DNA of 41,051 nt from a virus (IMGVR_UViG_2526164667_000035); one strand, 5' to 3'. Counted from the stretch's first letter, positions 18,110-27,798 are shown. The notes: a model not told the origin generated them from the letters alone. Numbers and translations are program-made.

Positions 18110-19427
18110 TCTCTATGTCCTCGTCGGTAATGGATGCCCCGATGCCGGTTACGTCAGAATTTTCGCGCAAATCAGTCATAGCGGCTTTCAGTGTCATCAG
18201 ACCATCACCCAGCGCTGTACTGATTGCGTTGGTGGTATTTAACGCCACCGTTGAACGATCGACATCAGACATTTGCCAGAGCGGGTTAAACTCAAACGTG
18301 AAATCATCCGGGAGCGGCTTGCCAAGTTCCGAACGATGCATGATGTCCAGTATCCGCCGCACCGGAAGACGTAAACGCCTCTCCTGCAACGAGCTTACCC
18401 GGTCGTAATAGTTGGCAAGGTCTGCATCGCCGGTAGAAAATCCTTTCGGGGACTGTCCGAACAACCGCACCAGTGGGATACCAACAGCGCCACTAATCTG
18501 TTCTGCAAACTGCGACAGGATGTCATCCAGACCACTGAAGCTGTACTGATGCGTTTCAAACTTATCCCGCGAGTCCATGAGCGTCATACCTTCATTGCTC
18601 TGGAACTGTCGAATCAGGTCGATATTCTTCAGCAACGCTTCATACGCAGGACCACCAAGTGCGATAAGCTCGCGTAGCTTCTCCACGCTGTAGGTGCGCA
18701 GATGCGCCTTGTAGACCAGCTGCGCCGCGCCGACAGTAGCGCTGTCGAACGCGGTAAGACGATCCCAGATACGCTCTACAACCGACATTCCCCATTCGTT
18801 CTCGGTCATCTTCTGCTGAAATGGCAGCGTGACGCCATCAAAGCGAATCAGGCGACTGTGATGAATGCGCCAGGCAGGAATTCCCGTTGCTGTGGTCACC
18901 ACATCGTAAAACTCAGGTTTACCCAGGTCCGGCCCCATATCTTTAATGCGGCGGGTCAGTACCGGGTCAATCATCCAGCGGTCGAGCGGGAGAATCCCCT
19001 TAAACTTGCCCTTACCGATGGTTTCGGGTCGCAGCGGGGTCATTGGTGCCTGCCCCTCAATCATGATGAAACCCACCGCGCCGCCGTAGAGGCGCGACCA
19101 TTTCAGCACGTCATTCAGCGCATCCCAGATTTGCAACTCATCCAGTTGTGATTCGAGAATGCCGCGATCTTTTGCATCAATTTCCGAAGTGATGCGAATG
19201 CCTTTGCGGGTCATATCATCCGGGATAGCATCGACCGCTTCGCCGATGATCCAGGACGAACGATAGGACCATTCCACCAGCATGCGGTTACGACTGGTGA
19301 AATTAGCCCGGTAGGTGGATGCTGAGTGCTGGTTAGGTGTCTGCATCCCTACGCGGGCAATAAAATTCTCATAACCATCAGCTGTGGCCTGCGCAGTTCG
19401 CCGCAGGGCTTGTTTGTTTCGTGCCAT
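17961..19427 (-). CDS. Portal protein
   Basis: 488-aa ORF directly after the large terminase (start overlaps terminase stop); acidic C-terminal tail. Confidence 0.75.
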   Translation of the reverse strand: MARNKQALRRTAQATADGYENFIARVGMQTPNQHSASTYRANFTSRNRMLVEWSYRSSWIIGEAVDAIPDDMTRKGIRITSEIDAKDRGILESQLDELQIWDALNDVLKWSRLYGGAVGFIMIEGQAPMTPLRPETIGKGKFKGILPLDRWMIDPVLTRRIKDMGPDLGKPEFYDVVTTATGIPAWRIHHSRLIRFDGVTLPFQQKMTENEWGMSVVERIWDRLTAFDSATVGAAQLVYKAHLRTYSVEKLRELIALGGPAYEALLKNIDLIRQFQSNEGMTLMDSRDKFETHQYSFSGLDDILSQFAEQISGAVGIPLVRLFGQSPKGFSTGDADLANYYDRVSSLQERRLRLPVRRILDIMHRSELGKPLPDDFTFEFNPLWQMSDVDRSTVALNTTNAISTALGDGLMTLKAAMTDLRENSDVTGIGASITDEDIENAEDEAPPGIGEPDDEPQEPSGGNPVSNQSTQDSAGGRGHRKWSLRWFK

Positions 19428-21049
19428 CAGGCCTGTCTCCCTAGCAGCTCCCAGATGTTCAGGGCTGAATTCATTGGGGCATAGTTGATCATCACCGAGT
19501 CGGCAAGGTTTGGCGATCGGGTTCCATCAGGCTGTTTATCAATAACTATTTTTCCCACACCATTAATGGAATAGGTCGGCTGCGAAAGCTCGATGATGAG
19601 TTTATCTTTGAGTGCCATGCTACTGCTGATTGAGATGATCTCGTCCGGGTTGTAAGCCATACCTTCAGCCACGGCGCGCCAGGTATTCTGAAAAAGTTTA
19701 CGTAACCGCCACCAGCTCTGGGCTTTGGCGTTAGCGAAGAAGTCCTTGTTCAGACGTGCGGCTTGCCCGTTGTCCCCGCGAACAGCTTCATCATCTGGAT
19801 CAAATACCGCGCCACTACCTCGAAACGGTGTGGCGAGTATTGACGGTCGACGCGCAACGTTACGCAGTTCGTTGATAGCGCGTGCATCGCCGCGAACGCC
19901 AGCGCCCAGCCCGTCCTCGTCAAAGCGAAACTCTTCGAGGTTGTCCTGTTCGCAAAAACCGAAAACCTTCTCGACGGACTGATAAATGTCACTGCCCACA
20001 CCGGACCATTCCCGCACATTTTCCAGGAGGAAGCCATGACGGGTGGAAAATGCATTTTTGTCCCTGCCTTCGTCGGCGACATCCATCGCGCCAAGTCGTT
20101 TGCCTGTTGGCTGGATACCCAGTTTGATATGTGCATCAACGGCAGCCTGTACCCATTCGGATGGAATCAGGACGCCTTCCGCTGATGCGCTGTAGTTCAG
20201 ATCAAGTTCCTGTGCCACCACCACCGGATTATCGATTTTCTCGCATTCCCTGCGATACCACTCTTCATCCTTGCGAGGATCATCCCGCCAGTGGAATGTG
20301 AATACCGGTATCTTCCCGCCATGACGCTTCTGAGCGAACGGGTTCGCCATGCCGTTAACTGAACTCAGGTCAATACGGCAACGCGTCGTTTGTGACAACG
20401 CCGCATCAATCAGCAGAGGACGCTGAAGGAATGCAGCCTCATCAACCAGATAAAGCGTGGTACGGTCACCACGACCAATATTATCGCCAGCCTCGCCTTT
20501 GATAACGGCACCAGTTTCAGGAAACTCAACACGCATATATGGCGCGTGCTTCTTCTCGCTCCACGAACCGCGAAACTCTACAGGTAGCGTTTCCACAAAC
20601 TTGCGCGCCTTCCAGAACAATGCTTTCGGGTCACCAGTGCTGTCGACGTATTCCTCTTTACGGGAGCCGAAACCGATAACCATTTCTTTGTTGAAGAGAC
20701 AAAGCGAGCAGGCCAGTCCGATCGCGGTCCAACTGAGCCCCATTTCACGGGATTTTTCGGTAATACCATTCTCCCTATTGCCCCAGCGTTCCATAATCCA
20801 GTGGATCCACTCCTCCTGCTTAGGGAAGAGTAAAAACGGAATGGTCACCGGCAGGCCATAATCAATATTACGCGGGTCCGTTGTCATGCCCCAGTCGATG
20901 ATGAACTGAGCCGGATTGGTTCGGTAAAACTGCTTCAATACGGGCAATATTTCAGGATTCTGGCGAATGCGCTGTAGGCGTTCCATCCGCCATTCAAAAA
21001 CCATCTGGTAATCAGGATGTTTAAAATCGAAGGGGAATGGTAACGGCAT
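19427..21049 (-). CDS. Terminase large subunit
   Basis: 540-aa ORF after the small terminase; N-terminal ATPase-like region then nuclease-like C-terminus; size and position are canonical. Confidence 0.85.
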   Translation of the reverse strand: MPLPFPFDFKHPDYQMVFEWRMERLQRIRQNPEILPVLKQFYRTNPAQFIIDWGMTTDPRNIDYGLPVTIPFLLFPKQEEWIHWIMERWGNRENGITEKSREMGLSWTAIGLACSLCLFNKEMVIGFGSRKEEYVDSTGDPKALFWKARKFVETLPVEFRGSWSEKKHAPYMRVEFPETGAVIKGEAGDNIGRGDRTTLYLVDEAAFLQRPLLIDAALSQTTRCRIDLSSVNGMANPFAQKRHGGKIPVFTFHWRDDPRKDEEWYRRECEKIDNPVVVAQELDLNYSASAEGVLIPSEWVQAAVDAHIKLGIQPTGKRLGAMDVADEGRDKNAFSTRHGFLLENVREWSGVGSDIYQSVEKVFGFCEQDNLEEFRFDEDGLGAGVRGDARAINELRNVARRPSILATPFRGSGAVFDPDDEAVRGDNGQAARLNKDFFANAKAQSWWRLRKLFQNTWRAVAEGMAYNPDEIISISSSMALKDKLIIELSQPTYSINGVGKIVIDKQPDGTRSPNLADSVMINYAPMNSALNIWELLGRQA

Positions 21050-21051
21050 AC

Positions 21052-21624
21052 TTAGCCCATCATTTTTCTATACGCCTCTGCAGCCTGCTCCGGCGTTAAG
21101 TTGGTAATTTCTGTTCTGACGGGTCCTCCATCAGCGCCAGTCACTTCATTTTTGACGTTGTCTTTAAACGCCTGAACAGAAACATGACGCCCAAGCAACT
21201 CAAGGTTTTTTACCTTATCAGGCCACTTAATCTTTTTAAGGATCCCGACCATTTCTCTGTCATCTCCTCGCCCTTCAAACATTTCAGCGAGGTTAAATCC
21301 ACTCAGGTACCGACGCCACGATTCCGGCCACGCAGACAGAGGCTTAATACTTAAATCGTCCTCCAGGATGTCAGCCACATCGAGCCTGTCGATCTCAACC
21401 AGTCGCATCAGCACATAATTCGCATCAATGCCCAGTTGATCAATACGCTCCTGCTTTAGCTCGTTGATGCGGGCACGTATCTCAGGTTTACCGTATAGTT
21501 CAGCCCCCGTAACATGTGCTCGCCTGGAGGCGTAGCCTGCGCGAATAGCTGCTTGTGTAGCATTAAGATCGACAAGAAACTCGCGACAAAACACCTCGTG
21601 TTTTGCTTTCAGCTCCTTAGTCAT
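21052..21624 (-). CDS. Terminase small subunit (P27-type)
   Basis: 190-aa ORF; N-terminus [31 protein letters not shown] resembles P27-family small terminase. Confidence 0.7.
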   Translation of the reverse strand: MTKELKAKHEVFCREFLVDLNATQAAIRAGYASRRAHVTGAELYGKPEIRARINELKQERIDQLGIDANYVLMRLVEIDRLDVADILEDDLSIKPLSAWPESWRRYLSGFNLAEMFEGRGDDREMVGILKKIKWPDKVKNLELLGRHVSVQAFKDNVKNEVTGADGGPVRTEITNLTPEQAAEAYRKMMG

Positions 21625-21685
21625 TTTATTTTCCAGTTATCAGGTCATTATCGAAGCCCCTCCAGGAAGAGCTTCTGTAATGCTA

Positions 21686-22210
21686 TTACCGGGATTGTTC
21701 TATTTGTCGGACACCAGCCAACTGGTTATTCGCCTTCTCGATGGCTGCCAACAATGGGTTAATCCACAGAACAGCCTGGCAATATGTCAACGTTCTGGTG
21801 GTAGTGGCACGATCACCGGCTGAGTCAATGTCCCCAGAATCGGCGTGCAATGCGCTGGCGCGTAAACGGTTCGCGTAGTTGAGCAACCCGACAGCAATAT
21901 CAACAGGAACAGGGAAATCACAGTTCTTTTCACGGAGCAGAACCTCACGGTATTTGATGACTGTCTTCTCGTTACCGATGTCGACCAGAGAATTTAATCG
22001 GCTTGCGTTTTCTGCTATCTGGTTAAAACGATTGAAGTTTAATGCCTGATTAGCTATCACTTTCCCTTGATATTCAGCTTCACCTTCCGCTTTATCAGCC
22101 CGCAACTTTTCTGCCTGATACTTGCTGTGGTAATGGTTTGCAGACCAGACGAGCGCCCCAAAGACAGAGAAGAAAAATGCCGCGATGACAATCTTATAAG
22201 TCAGCTTCAT
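21686..22210 (-). CDS. Rz-like i-spanin
   Basis: N-terminal signal-anchor TM segment then charged coiled-coil-like region; overlaps endolysin 3' end; contains the embedded Rz1 ORF. Confidence 0.6.
   Translation of the reverse strand: MKLTYKIVIAAFFFSVFGALVWSANHYHSKYQAEKLRADKAEGEAEYQGKVIANQALNFNRFNQIAENASRLNSLVDIGNEKTVIKYREVLLREKNCDFPVPVDIAVGLLNYANRLRASALHADSGDIDSAGDRATTTRTLTYCQAVLWINPLLAAIEKANNQLAGVRQIEQSR
21787..21933 (-). CDS. Rz1-like o-spanin lipoprotein embedded in Rz in a different frame (48 aa, GTG start)
   Basis: Translation VKRTVISLFLLILLSGCSTTRTVYAPAHCTPILGTLTQPVIVPLPPER: lipobox LSGC and Pro-rich C-terminus; GAGGT upstream of the GTG. Confidence 0.55.
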   Translation of the reverse strand: MKRTVISLFLLILLSGCSTTRTVYAPAHCTPILGTLTQPVIVPLPPER

Positions 22211-22670
22211 TTACCACCCCACCAGCATCTTTAAACCTGGAAATCAGGTCACCGATTTTATGTTCATACTGACCGTAACCAGCGCCCGGCAGTGAAGCCC
22301 AGATATTGCTGCAACGGTCGATTGCCTGACGAATATCGCCGCGATCAATCATCGGCAAAGCGCCACGCTCTTTTATCTGTTGCAGTGCCACAGCGTCCTG
22401 GCTTTTAGGAGAGAAGTCTGTCAGCCCTAACTGCTTGCGGTAAGCATCCCACCAGCGTGAAAGAAGTTGATAACGGCCTGCGGCTGTTGATTTGAGTTTC
22501 GGGTTTAGCGTGACAAGTTTTCGAGGGTGATCGGAGTAATCAGTGAAGAGTTCGCCACCGACAATAACGTCATAACCGTGGTTACGTGTCGGTTGTCGCC
22601 CGTTATCCGTTCCTTCTGACCATGCCAACATATCCAGGAAAGCTTTACGTTGGGAATTTAGTGTCTGCAT
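22194..22670 (-). CDS. R: Endolysin, lambda R-like lytic transglycosylase
   Basis: 158 aa; by recollection near-identical to lambda R over most of its length (NSQRKAFLDMLAWSEGTDNGRQ...RNHGYDVIVGGELFTDYSDHPRKL...). Confidence 0.9.
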   Translation of the reverse strand: MQTLNSQRKAFLDMLAWSEGTDNGRQPTRNHGYDVIVGGELFTDYSDHPRKLVTLNPKLKSTAAGRYQLLSRWWDAYRKQLGLTDFSPKSQDAVALQQIKERGALPMIDRGDIRQAIDRCSNIWASLPGAGYGQYEHKIGDLISRFKDAGGVVNEADL

Positions 22671-22673
22671 GAA

Positions 22674-23015
22674 TTACTCCTTAGAGCCACCAAACTTGTT
22701 ACCGATTACTCGCATTGCAGCCCCACGAATAGCATCGACACCGATCAGCCCAACACCACCACCAATGGCAACAGAAAGAGATTTAGGCCATCCAACATAC
22801 TCAAGAGCGGATGCAAAGGTCAGCGTCAGAGCACCACAGAGCAAAATCTCAAGCGTTTTTCGTTTCCAGCCGCCGCCACCGCCAAAATAGGCAATGCGCA
22901 AGCCAGCCATAACAATTGACATAACCACTGCGCCCAACGGCGTATCTCCACGCCACCAACTTTGTAAGAGTTCCAGTAAGTCAGGCCAGGAATGAGGAGC
23001 ATTGTGCATTTTCAT
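22674..23015 (-). CDS. Holin with lambda S-like dual-start motif (Met-Lys-Met)
   Basis: Three hydrophobic segments; start placed at MKM with GGAGGTG about 8 nt upstream; immediately upstream of the endolysin. Confidence 0.65.
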   Translation of the reverse strand: MKMHNAPHSWPDLLELLQSWWRGDTPLGAVVMSIVMAGLRIAYFGGGGGWKRKTLEILLCGALTLTFASALEYVGWPKSLSVAIGGGVGLIGVDAIRGAAMRVIGNKFGGSKE

Positions 23016-23113
23016 ACTTCCCACCTCCGCCATTACGGGGTGTTGTTGAAAGGCGGGCCCTGCGTATACGCCCGTAGGATTGGGTTATGAGCCGTCCTTC
23101 GGTGGGCCCTGAA

Positions 23114-23139
23114 TACAAAAAAAGTTCGCCATAGCGAAC
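23114..23139 (-). terminator. Rho-independent terminator upstream of the holin (tR-prime-like)
   Basis: - strand GGUUCGCUAUGGCGAAC hairpin (6-bp stem) followed by UUUUUUU. Confidence 0.6.
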
Positions 23140-23368
23140 CTTGTTAAATTTGTTAAAAAAGGAAGTTATTTAACATAATGTACGTTATAGGAACCACACG
23201 ATCACCGCTCGCAATAGATTTGCGATGAAAGGCCTATTTAATCAACTTAAGTGGTCCAGAATGACGAAATTCGAGTGAATAAAAGGTGCATAAAAAAGGG
23301 CAAAAACTGCATAGCGTTTTTTCGCGACGAAAACCCTGTTTTATTAACTTTTCCCCAGAATGGGGCAA

Positions 23369-23392
23369 TAAAAAAGGCCCCTTGCGGAAGCC
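23369..23392 (-). terminator. Possible weak terminator about 70 nt downstream of the 113-aa ORF
   Basis: - strand GGCUUCCGCAAGGGGCC hairpin (includes G-U pairs) followed by UUUUUUAUU. Confidence 0.35.
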
Positions 23393-23459
23393 TCTTCGTG
23401 ATGAACTGTTTTCAACAGATATCAGGCTAATCGGCTTTTTGGAATTCCACAACTATTTT

Positions 23460-23801
23460 TTATCTTACCTTGATGCCTGATGCCGTCAGATGTTTACGAC
23501 AGTCCTGAATACCTTCGTTATAACCCGCATCGTAGAAGCTATCCGGCTTTGCCTTCAGCGCAGGAAGCGTAACGCTGGTAGCTCTTCGTTCGGCCAGAAC
23601 ACCTGCCTGAAAGAGTGTCCACATCAACTGAACTGCTGAATCACAGTAAGTAAAATCTTCACTGTACAATTCTCGTTCAATCCTGATGCCAAGTTGAGCC
23701 TTCATTGATGCGCCAATATTACCTTTGACCTGCAACGACAGATCTGGGTACCTCTGTTCCATGAAGCTTTCAAATCTGTTGCGAACGCTGATCAGAGCCA
23801 T
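23460..23801 (-). CDS. Hypothetical protein between Q and the late regulatory region
   Basis: 113-aa ORF with normal composition; no motif recognised. Confidence 0.4.
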   Translation of the reverse strand: MALISVRNRFESFMEQRYPDLSLQVKGNIGASMKAQLGIRIERELYSEDFTYCDSAVQLMWTLFQAGVLAERRATSVTLPALKAKPDSFYDAGYNEGIQDCRKHLTASGIKVR

Positions 23802-23832
23802 CTGGTTCCCTTACGTGATTGATTGCTGGATA

Positions 23833-24255
23833 TTATGCCGCCGAGCAGCTCCTACGCAAAGTCCTGATAGCCTGAGGCTTTGACTGAACCGACTGATCCA
23901 TTTCGAGCACCACATCCAGCATGGCTAAGCAACCGTCAATAAATCCCTCTGCCGCCTGAAGCCTCTTCAGAACGTGGGTGTGAGATACGCCGAGCTTCTC
24001 ACCCATCGCCCGCACGGGCATGGCCTGGACGTAATGCCACTCAAGGAGCGTGCACAGATACGGATCTTTTTTCTTCAGGCAGCTCATAGCGGAGTTGATG
24101 ATAAGACCGTCATTGTCACTGCATTTCAGCCTTCCAGACTGCGTCGCGGGTAGCAGATTCTTAAACCCAGCTGCAACAGGAGGAAAGTAGACGCTACCAC
24201 CTTCACTCGCTGCCCAGCCACCCCAGCGCTCTAAAACCTGTTGAATATTACGCAT
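23833..24255 (-). CDS. Late-gene antiterminator Q (QuuD-like family)
   Basis: 140 aa; N-terminus MRNIQQVLERWGGWAA...AAGFK and ...KRLQAAEGFIDG... resemble small Q proteins of lambdoid prophages by recollection; canonical position upstream of lysis genes. Confidence 0.65.
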   Translation of the reverse strand: MRNIQQVLERWGGWAASEGGSVYFPPVAAGFKNLLPATQSGRLKCSDNDGLIINSAMSCLKKKDPYLCTLLEWHYVQAMPVRAMGEKLGVSHTHVLKRLQAAEGFIDGCLAMLDVVLEMDQSVQSKPQAIRTLRRSCSAA

Positions 24256-24384
24256 AGCTCTGACCTCTACGTTTTGCTACGAAAAAATTTTCTGAGAACC
24301 ACGTTTGTTTATCCGTGGGTGTGGATAACGCAGTTCCGATTCGCTTATTACACGCTGTTATGTGCAAAAAATTCCTTGTTCGGC

Positions 24385-24565
24385 CTGTACCAACCTGTAC
24401 CCACCTGTACCAGCTCTTTTCAAACCTTTTCCCCAAGCGACTTATATATATATATGGGGTTCTTAGTAATTAGGTTGGTACAGATGGTACAGTTGGTACT
24501 GGCCTTTAAATTCAATTAGTTAAAATGTACCAACCTCTATTTTGAGGTTGGTACAGGTTGGGACA
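24385..24565. repeat. Iteron array and AT-rich tract: putative replication origin
   Basis: Three tandem CTGTACC(A/C)(A/G)C repeats at 24385..24414; (TA)6 tract at 24443..24455; three inverted-orientation copies at 24473..24502; perfect 13-bp inverted pair ATGTACCAACCTC / GAGGTTGGTACAG at 24525..24556 over the primase stop codon. Confidence 0.55.
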
Positions 24566-26729
24566 CCGCCTCAAAAATTCGAGTCATTTTCCCCCCAATT
24601 CGCCTTTGGGCACGCTTATACCCGCAATTTTGCAAAACATTACTAATTCGCATTTCTTCGCGTTTTCCGATGCGGTCAGGATTTAGCCCAATCGCATCAC
24701 GCAAAACATCACTTGCGCGTAAAAATTCGCAATTTCGCGGAAGTTCATTAGTCATCAGGTCTGGCGTGTCGAGCCATTTCTCTACCGTTTCAAGCCAAGC
24801 ATCCTTGATGGTGTACTGTTCATGGACACTCGCTGCCAGTTGTTCAGCCTCACGGAACTGGATACCCCCCAGACGCTGAAACACCTCACGAGCCTCAGCC
24901 CAAAGTAAAAGGAGATCTCTTTTTATCGCTTTCACGTCGACTTTCGACACTTCCACGGGGAGCCAGCGACGGTTACCAGTCTTGTCCGCAAGGAATTCGT
25001 CCTCATTGGTGGTACCAACGAACACCAGGCGACGAGGAAACTGGGTGGCGAACTCCCGGTATTTCGGGATCCAGTTTTCGTGAGTACGCGTCACAAACGC
25101 TTTGATTGACTCCAGCTCTTTGGTATTAAGTCCGCGCAGTTCACCAATCTCTGCCACCAGCCGACCACGCATTTTTCGAGCGAGATCATCGTCTTTTTCG
25201 GCAAAAGAGATTTCAGTAAAAAACGCAGGATCAGGGCTCAGTGCCTCCACTCCGGAAGACTTACCGCAGCCCTGCGGACCAACGAGGATCGGCACCATAT
25301 CCGCTTTGATGCCTGGCTCCAGTACTCGCCCCGCCAACGCGGTCCACATGTACATAGACACCGCACGGGTATAAGGCGTGTCGGCGGTACCGAAGTGCGT
25401 ATGGTAGAAACATTCGATGCGCGGCACGCCATCCCACTCCAGTCCGTTCAGCCAGGTGATCGCTGAATCGAATGGTTGTTCATCGGCTGCAAGTAACACC
25501 ACATCGCGAATAAGTTCACGACCAACAGGTTTAAATCCCCGCTTTTCCATCGTGATGCGCAGGCGCGCATAATCCGCATCGGTGAAGGCCTGCCACTGGC
25601 CGGAGCCTGCCTGGGCGAACATGATTTCGTCACGGAACTGGTCAAAGCGAATATCGATGTCCACGAAGTCAGGACGCACAACGGCTTTTGCCGCGTTGCT
25701 GATGGTGGCCTCGATGCGGCCCCATTTGTCGCGCTCGAACGCCGGCAGCGGTAACGGCTCGGCCACTTCGGTGCTGGTCAGGTCTTCGAAATCGTCGTTG
25801 CGGATCCCGATGGCATTAAGGAAATCGCCGTCGTCGCGGTGCGCGCAGCTAGCGTGCAGGCACTTAAAATGCCCCTGCTCAAAGCCCGCGGTACCGCCCG
25901 GGAAGTAAACCGTGCTCGTCGGGTCGCCGCCGGTGCTGTGGCCGTCTTCGAACGGGCAACGGATATAGCGCTCGCCGTTCGCGCCGTCCAGCAGCGTCCA
26001 GCCATTGGCATCGAGATATTCCGCCGTATCATCCGTGGCGCCGGGCGTGAAGGTTGAACGGTCGCGCATCTTCGTGCTGCCCGCTTCGGTGGTGACCGAC
26101 ACAGGTAACTGTTCCGCCAGTCGCTGCCACAGCGTTTCAAGCTGCTCACCAGTAATAGCCGGAGGTTCATCCGGCAAACCGCCGTCCCATTCGATACGCG
26201 CGCCGCTGCTGTGCGTACCGCAGGCAACAAACTGCTGCCCGTTCGCCAGCAGCTCGATAATCCCCATATCGCCCGCCAGACGGTGGATGCGCTTACGGAA
26301 ATCGCCGTCAACGGCCAGCAGGTACAGGCATTTGTTACTGTTGGCGCGCCAGCGACGCGGCGGCAGCTCACCAAGCAGCTGCACCAGCGTTTTGCGAATA
26401 TCGGCCTGGATATCTTCGTCTTCGCTGTCGCAGTCCAGCGCCAGCCAGCCATGGCCTGTACGCACGCAGATGCCATAATCCGGTTCATTCGACCAGCGGG
26501 CAAAATCATGCTCAGTAACAACATGACCGGTCCATTGAGCAATACCGGTGACCTGACGGTCCCGGTTATAGCGACTTGGCGTCTTACCCAGCGCTTTCAG
26601 TTTACTGTCAGGGGATATAGTCGCACCGGGGTTACATACAACTGGGAGAAGATGAGCAGTTCGCCCCAATACCAGGTCGAAATGAAACCACTCATCAGGC
26701 GTAGCTCCCCATGGTTTGCTATCAGACAT
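24537..26729 (-). CDS. Replication protein: primase-polymerase-like N-terminal region fused to P-loop NTPase/helicase
   Basis: 730 aa; acidic DxD-type motif (LALDCDSEDED), Cys/His cluster (CLHASCAH), Walker A GPQGCGKSS in the C-terminal half; ends within the iteron array. Confidence 0.65.
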   Translation of the reverse strand: MSDSKPWGATPDEWFHFDLVLGRTAHLLPVVCNPGATISPDSKLKALGKTPSRYNRDRQVTGIAQWTGHVVTEHDFARWSNEPDYGICVRTGHGWLALDCDSEDEDIQADIRKTLVQLLGELPPRRWRANSNKCLYLLAVDGDFRKRIHRLAGDMGIIELLANGQQFVACGTHSSGARIEWDGGLPDEPPAITGEQLETLWQRLAEQLPVSVTTEAGSTKMRDRSTFTPGATDDTAEYLDANGWTLLDGANGERYIRCPFEDGHSTGGDPTSTVYFPGGTAGFEQGHFKCLHASCAHRDDGDFLNAIGIRNDDFEDLTSTEVAEPLPLPAFERDKWGRIEATISNAAKAVVRPDFVDIDIRFDQFRDEIMFAQAGSGQWQAFTDADYARLRITMEKRGFKPVGRELIRDVVLLAADEQPFDSAITWLNGLEWDGVPRIECFYHTHFGTADTPYTRAVSMYMWTALAGRVLEPGIKADMVPILVGPQGCGKSSGVEALSPDPAFFTEISFAEKDDDLARKMRGRLVAEIGELRGLNTKELESIKAFVTRTHENWIPKYREFATQFPRRLVFVGTTNEDEFLADKTGNRRWLPVEVSKVDVKAIKRDLLLLWAEAREVFQRLGGIQFREAEQLAASVHEQYTIKDAWLETVEKWLDTPDLMTNELPRNCEFLRASDVLRDAIGLNPDRIGKREEMRISNVLQNCGYKRAQRRIGGKMTRIFEAVSQPVPTSK

Positions 26730-26904
26730 GGGTTAAGCCTTTTTGTTTGACTACATTTTTTTGCTCCAAAATCTTTTCAAGTTGAAGAGCTCTTAGCTCT
26801 GGGATTTCCTCCCCCCATTGAGATACGGCTCCTTTGGAAACCTTCAATAGTCTCGCTAGTTTCGCTTTACTTCCTGCAAGCTCAATTGCTTCTGCTTTTT
26901 TCAT
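26722..26904 (-). CDS. Cro-like HTH regulator (YdaS-like)
   Basis: 60 aa from the ATG (MKKAEAIELAGSKAKLARLLKVSKGAVSQWG...); divergent from the repressor gene. Confidence 0.6.
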   Translation of the reverse strand: MKKAEAIELAGSKAKLARLLKVSKGAVSQWGEEIPELRALQLEKILEQKNVVKQKGLTHV

Positions 26905-26913
26905 ACCCGTCAC

Positions 26914-27017
26914 CCAGGAAATATATGGTTATATGAGGTTAAGAAAACTAAACCTACAAGTCAAGAAAGCGATACCCTGATTAAGTTAAGCTAACTAAAC
27001 TATATGAGGGTAAAACC
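26914..27017. promoter_or_regulatory. Divergent promoter/operator region between cro-like and cI-like genes
   Basis: 104-bp AT-rich intergenic region with repeated TATATGAGG motif (about 26930 and 27001) and near-palindrome AGTTAAGCTAACT; operators not resolved. Confidence 0.4.
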
Positions 27018-27710
27018 ATGATTAATGATCGTATTCGCGAGGCTCGTCGCAATGTCCACCTAACGCAGGATGCGCTTGCTAAACGTATTGGTCTAACTAA
27101 AGCCACGATTTCACAATGGGAATCCGGAAACACCACACCTAACGGGAAAAATCTTATAAATCTGGCCGAAGCATTGAACGTTTCTCCAGAGTGGCTACTT
27201 TCAGGCAAAACAAGCGATACCAAAGAAATACATTCTAATGCACAAGTTGAGGGGGGGTTTTCTGTATGGGACTCATCAACGCCATTAGAGGATGATGAAG
27301 TGGAAATACCGTTCTATCAGGAAATTGAACTATCTGCCGGTAATGGTACTTATGTTGATATAGATCGAATGGGATGTAAGTTAAGATTCGCCCGTTCAAC
27401 GTTGCGCAAAGCAGGTGTTGACGTAAATTGTGCGGCTTGTGTCAGCATCCACGGCAACAGCATGGAACCGGTATTACCAGATGGCGCTGTCGTCGGCATA
27501 GATACATCAAAAACAGGTGTAAAAGATGGTCAAATGTACGCTATAGACCAAGACGGATTACTTCGTGTCAAACTATTGTACCGTCTCCCAAGCGGACTCC
27601 GGATACGCTCTTTCAATAGGGATGAATACGCAGACGAAGAGTATTTTAATCAAGAGGCTAATAAAATCAGGATTATAGGCCAAGTATTTTGGTACTCCGT
27701 TCTGCTCTGA
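27018..27710 (+). CDS. CI-like prophage repressor (N-terminal HTH, C-terminal S24 LexA-like peptidase domain)
   Basis: N-terminal HTH (LTQDALAKRIGLTKATISQWESG) and C-terminal GNSMEP serine motif with downstream Lys; GAGGG SD 7 nt upstream. Confidence 0.85.
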   Translation: MINDRIREARRNVHLTQDALAKRIGLTKATISQWESGNTTPNGKNLINLAEALNVSPEWLLSGKTSDTKEIHSNAQVEGGFSVWDSSTPLEDDEVEIPFYQEIELSAGNGTYVDIDRMGCKLRFARSTLRKAGVDVNCAACVSIHGNSMEPVLPDGAVVGIDTSKTGVKDGQMYAIDQDGLLRVKLLYRLPSGLRIRSFNRDEYADEEYFNQEANKIRIIGQVFWYSVLL

Positions 27711-27734
27711 GCGTAAATTCACTCTATACCACAT

Positions 27735-27761
27735 GCCCGCTTCCTAAGCGGGCTTTTCTTT
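27735..27761 (+). terminator. Rho-independent terminator after the repressor gene
   Basis: GCCCGC-TTCCTAA-GCGGGC hairpin followed by TTTTCTTT. Confidence 0.7.
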
Positions 27762-27798
27762 ACCTATCCGAAAAAGTTCACTTTTCTTAACTACAACA

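Noticed and set aside
23041-23459. tRNA gene in the Q-to-holin intergenic region, as in some lambdoid prophages
   Set aside because: No GTTCGAATC-like T-loop and no cloverleaf-compatible stem set found by eye; the hairpins are better explained as terminators.
24385-24565. Possible CRISPR array suggested by the short repeats
   Set aside because: Repeat units are only 9-11 bp, abut without spacers, occur in both orientations and flank an AT tract; this fits iterons, not CRISPR.
25778-26542. 254-aa ORF in another frame of the - strand inside the primase/helicase gene, and + strand ORFs 25582..25908 and 26005..26478
   Set aside because: The primase/helicase frame carries the Walker A motif and coherent domains; the alternative frames are Ala/Arg/Ser-rich and lack motifs.
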